Source: Candidatus Kaiserbacteria bacterium (lineage in GTDB: Bacteria > Patescibacteriota > Minisyncoccia > Phycocordibacterales > UBA2100). Taken from it: DNA of 64,000 nt. Where the stretch lies: NCBI GenBank assembly GCA_016186695.1, contig JACPLC010000001.1:174706-238705 (forward strand), in the 5' to 3' direction. The notes under the pieces were generated by a model that ran no database searches, had not been told where the DNA came from, and worked only from the letters and a program-made list of their open reading frames with translations. Positions 62,876 to 64,000 of this stretch are shown one piece after another. Position 1 is the first letter of the stretch. The number at the start of each line of letters is the position of its first letter. The position numbers were made by a program, and so were the translations under genes.

Positions 62876-64000
62876 ATGAACATCCGGAATTTTTCCATCA
62901 TTGCACATATTGATCATGGAAAGTCGACGCTTGCCGACCGGATGCTTGAGATGACAGGCACGATCGAGCCACGGCGCATGCAGGAACAGGTACTTGATAG
63001 GATGGAGTTGGAGCGCGAGCGGGGCATCACCATCAAAATGGCGCCCGTACGCATGGTATGGAAATACAAGAATCAAGAATCAAGAATCAAGAATCGTGAT
63101 TCGGCATTCGATATTCGTGATTCGTCGGATTCAGAATATATTCTGAATCTGATTGATACGCCGGGACATGTCGATTTTTCATATGAAGTTTCGCGGGCGC
63201 TCTCCGCCGTAGAAGGCGTCGTGCTTCTTGTGGATGCAACACAGGGTGTGGAGGCCCAGACGCTCTCAGTGCTTTCGGTAGCGCGTTCACTCAATCGTGT
63301 AATCGTACCGGTTGTTTCGAAAATCGATGCGCCGAACGCACGGGTAGGTGAGATCGTGAGCGAACTCTCGCTTCTTCTCGGGTGTCCGGAGGAGCATGTA
63401 TTAAAAGCTTCCGGAAAGACGGGAGAAGGCGTGCGCGATATCCTCGAAGCGATAGTCGTGCGGATCCCGGAGCCGCGATCGTCCGGACAAAAACCCCAAG
63501 CACTCGTATTCGACTTCGGCTATTCGGACCATCGGGGCGTCATTGTGTATGCACGCGTTTTCGGCGGGGCTCTGAAAAAGGGCGATACGCTCCGTCTTGT
63601 TGCGGCCGACGCATCATTTACTGCGCTTGAGGTCGGCATACTTACACCGGATGACGTGCCGTGTCCGGAACTTGCAGAAGGAGAGATCGGCTACATCGTG
63701 ACGGGTATCAAAAAACCCGGAGTCGCTTCTGTGGGCGACACCGTGACATCCGCGCGCGATAGCGCGCCGGCGCTTCCCGGCTACCGTGCACCGACTCCGG
63801 TCATCTGGGCATCGGTCTATCCGGAGTCGCAGGATGATTTGCCCGTTCTGCGGCAATCGCTCGAGCGTTTGCGTCTTTCCGATTCTTCGCTTTCGTACGA
63901 AGAGGAGAGTTCCGGCATCATGGGGAAGGGTTTCCGCTGCGGTTTCTTGGGAATGCTCCATCTCGAAATTGTTATCGAGCGGCTACGACGTGAATTCAAC
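62876..64000 (+). CDS. lepA: Elongation factor 4 (LepA), 3'-truncated by the window end; carries an 18-aa low-complexity insertion in the G domain
   Basis: MNIRNFSIIAHIDHGKSTLADR (G1), DTPGHVDFSYEVSR (G3), SKID (G4). It is not in the ORF track because no stop lies in the window. The insertion NQESRIKNRDSAFDIRDSSDSE is encoded by (caagaat)x4 plus gattcg repeats at 63067..63130. Confidence 0.9.
   Translation, partial: MNIRNFSIIAHIDHGKSTLADRMLEMTGTIEPRRMQEQVLDRMELERERGITIKMAPVRMVWKYKNQESRIKNRDSAFDIRDSSDSEYILNLIDTPGHVDFSYEVSRALSAVEGVVLLVDATQGVEAQTLSVLSVARSLNRVIVPVVSKIDAPNARVGEIVSELSLLLGCPEEHVLKASGKTGEGVRDILEAIVVRIPEPRSSGQKPQALVFDFGYSDHRGVIVYARVFGGALKKGDTLRLVAADASFTALEVGILTPDDVPCPELAEGEIGYIVTGIKKPGVASVGDTVTSARDSAPALPGYRAPTPVIWASVYPESQDDLPVLRQSLERLRLSDSSLSYEEESSGIMGKGFRCGFLGMLHLEIVIERLRREFN

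Overview
64 kb window, about 60% GC, gene-dense, with most genes on the + strand. The backbone is ordinary housekeeping genes: msrB, obg, pyrD, glmS, metK, yvcK-like, nth, a mutY-like glycosylase, RNase J, secG, groES/groEL, lemA, htpX, a class II ribonucleotide reductase, murJ and lepA. Two RNA genes that the ORF track cannot show are present: RNase P RNA (about 58353..58692) and tRNA-Ser(GGA) (53113..53197). Interleaved are many cell-envelope and surface genes. These include a GH18 hydrolase fused to peptidoglycan-binding repeats, a 2353-aa Ig-like surface protein ending in three PG-binding modules and a Thr/Pro tail, an L,D-transpeptidase, a sortase, a degenerate LytM protein, a SleB-type hydrolase and an O-antigen-ligase/TPR membrane protein. 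The gene content (RNase J, sortase, PG-binding anchoring modules, giant surface proteins, class II RNR) suggests a small-genome monoderm or CPR/Patescibacteria-like organism; this is inference only. Accessory or unusual content: (1) a low-GC Type II restriction-modification pair, a beta-class DPPY methyltransferase plus a MutH/Sau3AI-family endonuclease. (2) 26-30 bp direct repeats flanking tspO next to that RM island. (3) A secreted protein made of eight 48-aa four-cysteine repeats with an exact about 140-bp DNA duplication, a Gln/Tyr- and Pro-rich tail, and a co-oriented tiny membrane protein. (4) A 790-aa tandem Ddl-Ddl (double ATP-grasp) fusion. (5) A RelE/ParE toxin-antitoxin pair next to a low-GC 1572-aa secreted giant protein bracketed by 17-18 bp direct repeats. 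(6) Near-identical 18-bp palindromes flanking a TrpR/YerC-like regulator gene. (7) An apparent frameshift at an A8 run near the 3' end of the class II RNR gene. (8) An AT-rich heptamer-microsatellite insertion inside lepA. (9) A 640-bp non-coding region with a consensus-like promoter and a candidate small RNA. No CRISPR array or transposase was seen.
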